Of a stretch of DNA of 64,000 bases, positions 63,356 through 64,000 are shown in pieces (position 1 is the stretch's first letter; each line of letters opens with the position of its first letter). The stretch covers positions 218,023 through 282,022 of the forward strand of contig NIVC01000511.1 of NCBI GenBank assembly GCA_002269645.1, in the 5' to 3' direction. A program made the translations under genes and the position numbers. The stretch comes from Macrostomum lignano. Taxonomy: Eukaryota. The notes beneath the pieces were generated by a model that saw only the letters and a list, made by a program, of their open reading frames with translations, was not told where the DNA came from and did not search any database.

Positions 63356-64000
63356 AAAAGAAAATAGAAGACTGGATTTTTTGGTAAGGTAAATCATAAC
63401 TCAGAAGCTTCTTTAGAATGCCGATCTCTCTCAAACTTAAAGGAATGAATCTTCGACAACAAAACACATGAACTGAATTAATTTCTTAAATCCTAACATT
63501 TGGAGGGTGACGCAGATTCCCCTCCGCTCCTTCAGGAATTCCCTCCAGTGATTCCAAAAGTAACTGACAATGTCTCTAAACTTCAACAAAACCGAATCTC
63601 AGACGGAAGTTTTGCTACAATAGTGTCAGTGCAAAAACGAAAGAGAAAAAAACAGTATAAAATATTTACCTTATCGCCTCGACTCTCTCCACTCTTTCGA
63701 CTGAAACGCTCAGAATTTTTACTGAGTGTGAAAAGTAACTTGATATAGGAAACCTTAGTATTTCTGTGCCAGCACTATGCCATTAGTCAATGGATTTCTC
63801 TAGCGCATAGCAATGACGGCATGAAGGCTAAATGAGTAGATTAAAAAACCTTAGAAGCTTCAGTTTCAATCGAAAAAGCTTTTAACAACTAGTAAACAAA
63901 TAGCCAACTTTATTCCCAGGCTGAAATTTCCGGCGTGAGGTTTCGATAGCCAATAAGAAGGCACAGAACTGTCTCAGCCAATCAGACTTCAGGCTGGAGA

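Noticed and set aside
62744-63392. Cys/His-rich repeat ORFs resembling zinc-finger or metal-binding repeats
   Set aside because: All three frames cycle through the same peptide because of the 32-bp period; there is no independent coding signal.

Overview
Eukaryotic genomic DNA with GC-rich spliced exons, GT-AG introns, and no rRNA, true tRNA or CRISPR. The composition and minisatellite-filled introns resemble a free-living flatworm such as Macrostomum; this is inference, not verified. Seven protein-coding genes are supported. Minus strand: the 5' part of an SLC13 transporter (3 exons, runs off the window start), a complete 14-exon divergent TMC channel (732 aa by my exon model), a UBL-UBA protein (UBL7/ubiquilin-like), a 5-exon AMPK gamma subunit with a long N-terminal extension, and a single-exon SLC36 amino-acid transporter. 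Plus strand: a single-exon divergent rhodopsin-like GPCR and a single-exon secreted His-rich 261-aa protein I cannot assign. Mobile DNA: a dead 1.3-kb mariner, a THAP/P-element transposase relic, two ~2-kb solo LTRs flanking the GPCR, two hAT MITEs, several other MITEs and three copies of a tRNA-derived SINE. The most striking non-genic structure is the minisatellite landscape. Every long TMC and SLC13 intron carries its own tandem array, one array starts exactly at a splice donor, one grew out of a SINE, and two arrays 56 kb apart share an exact 25-nt core at different periods. All exon models were built by hand from splice signals and phase continuity; no database searches were run.
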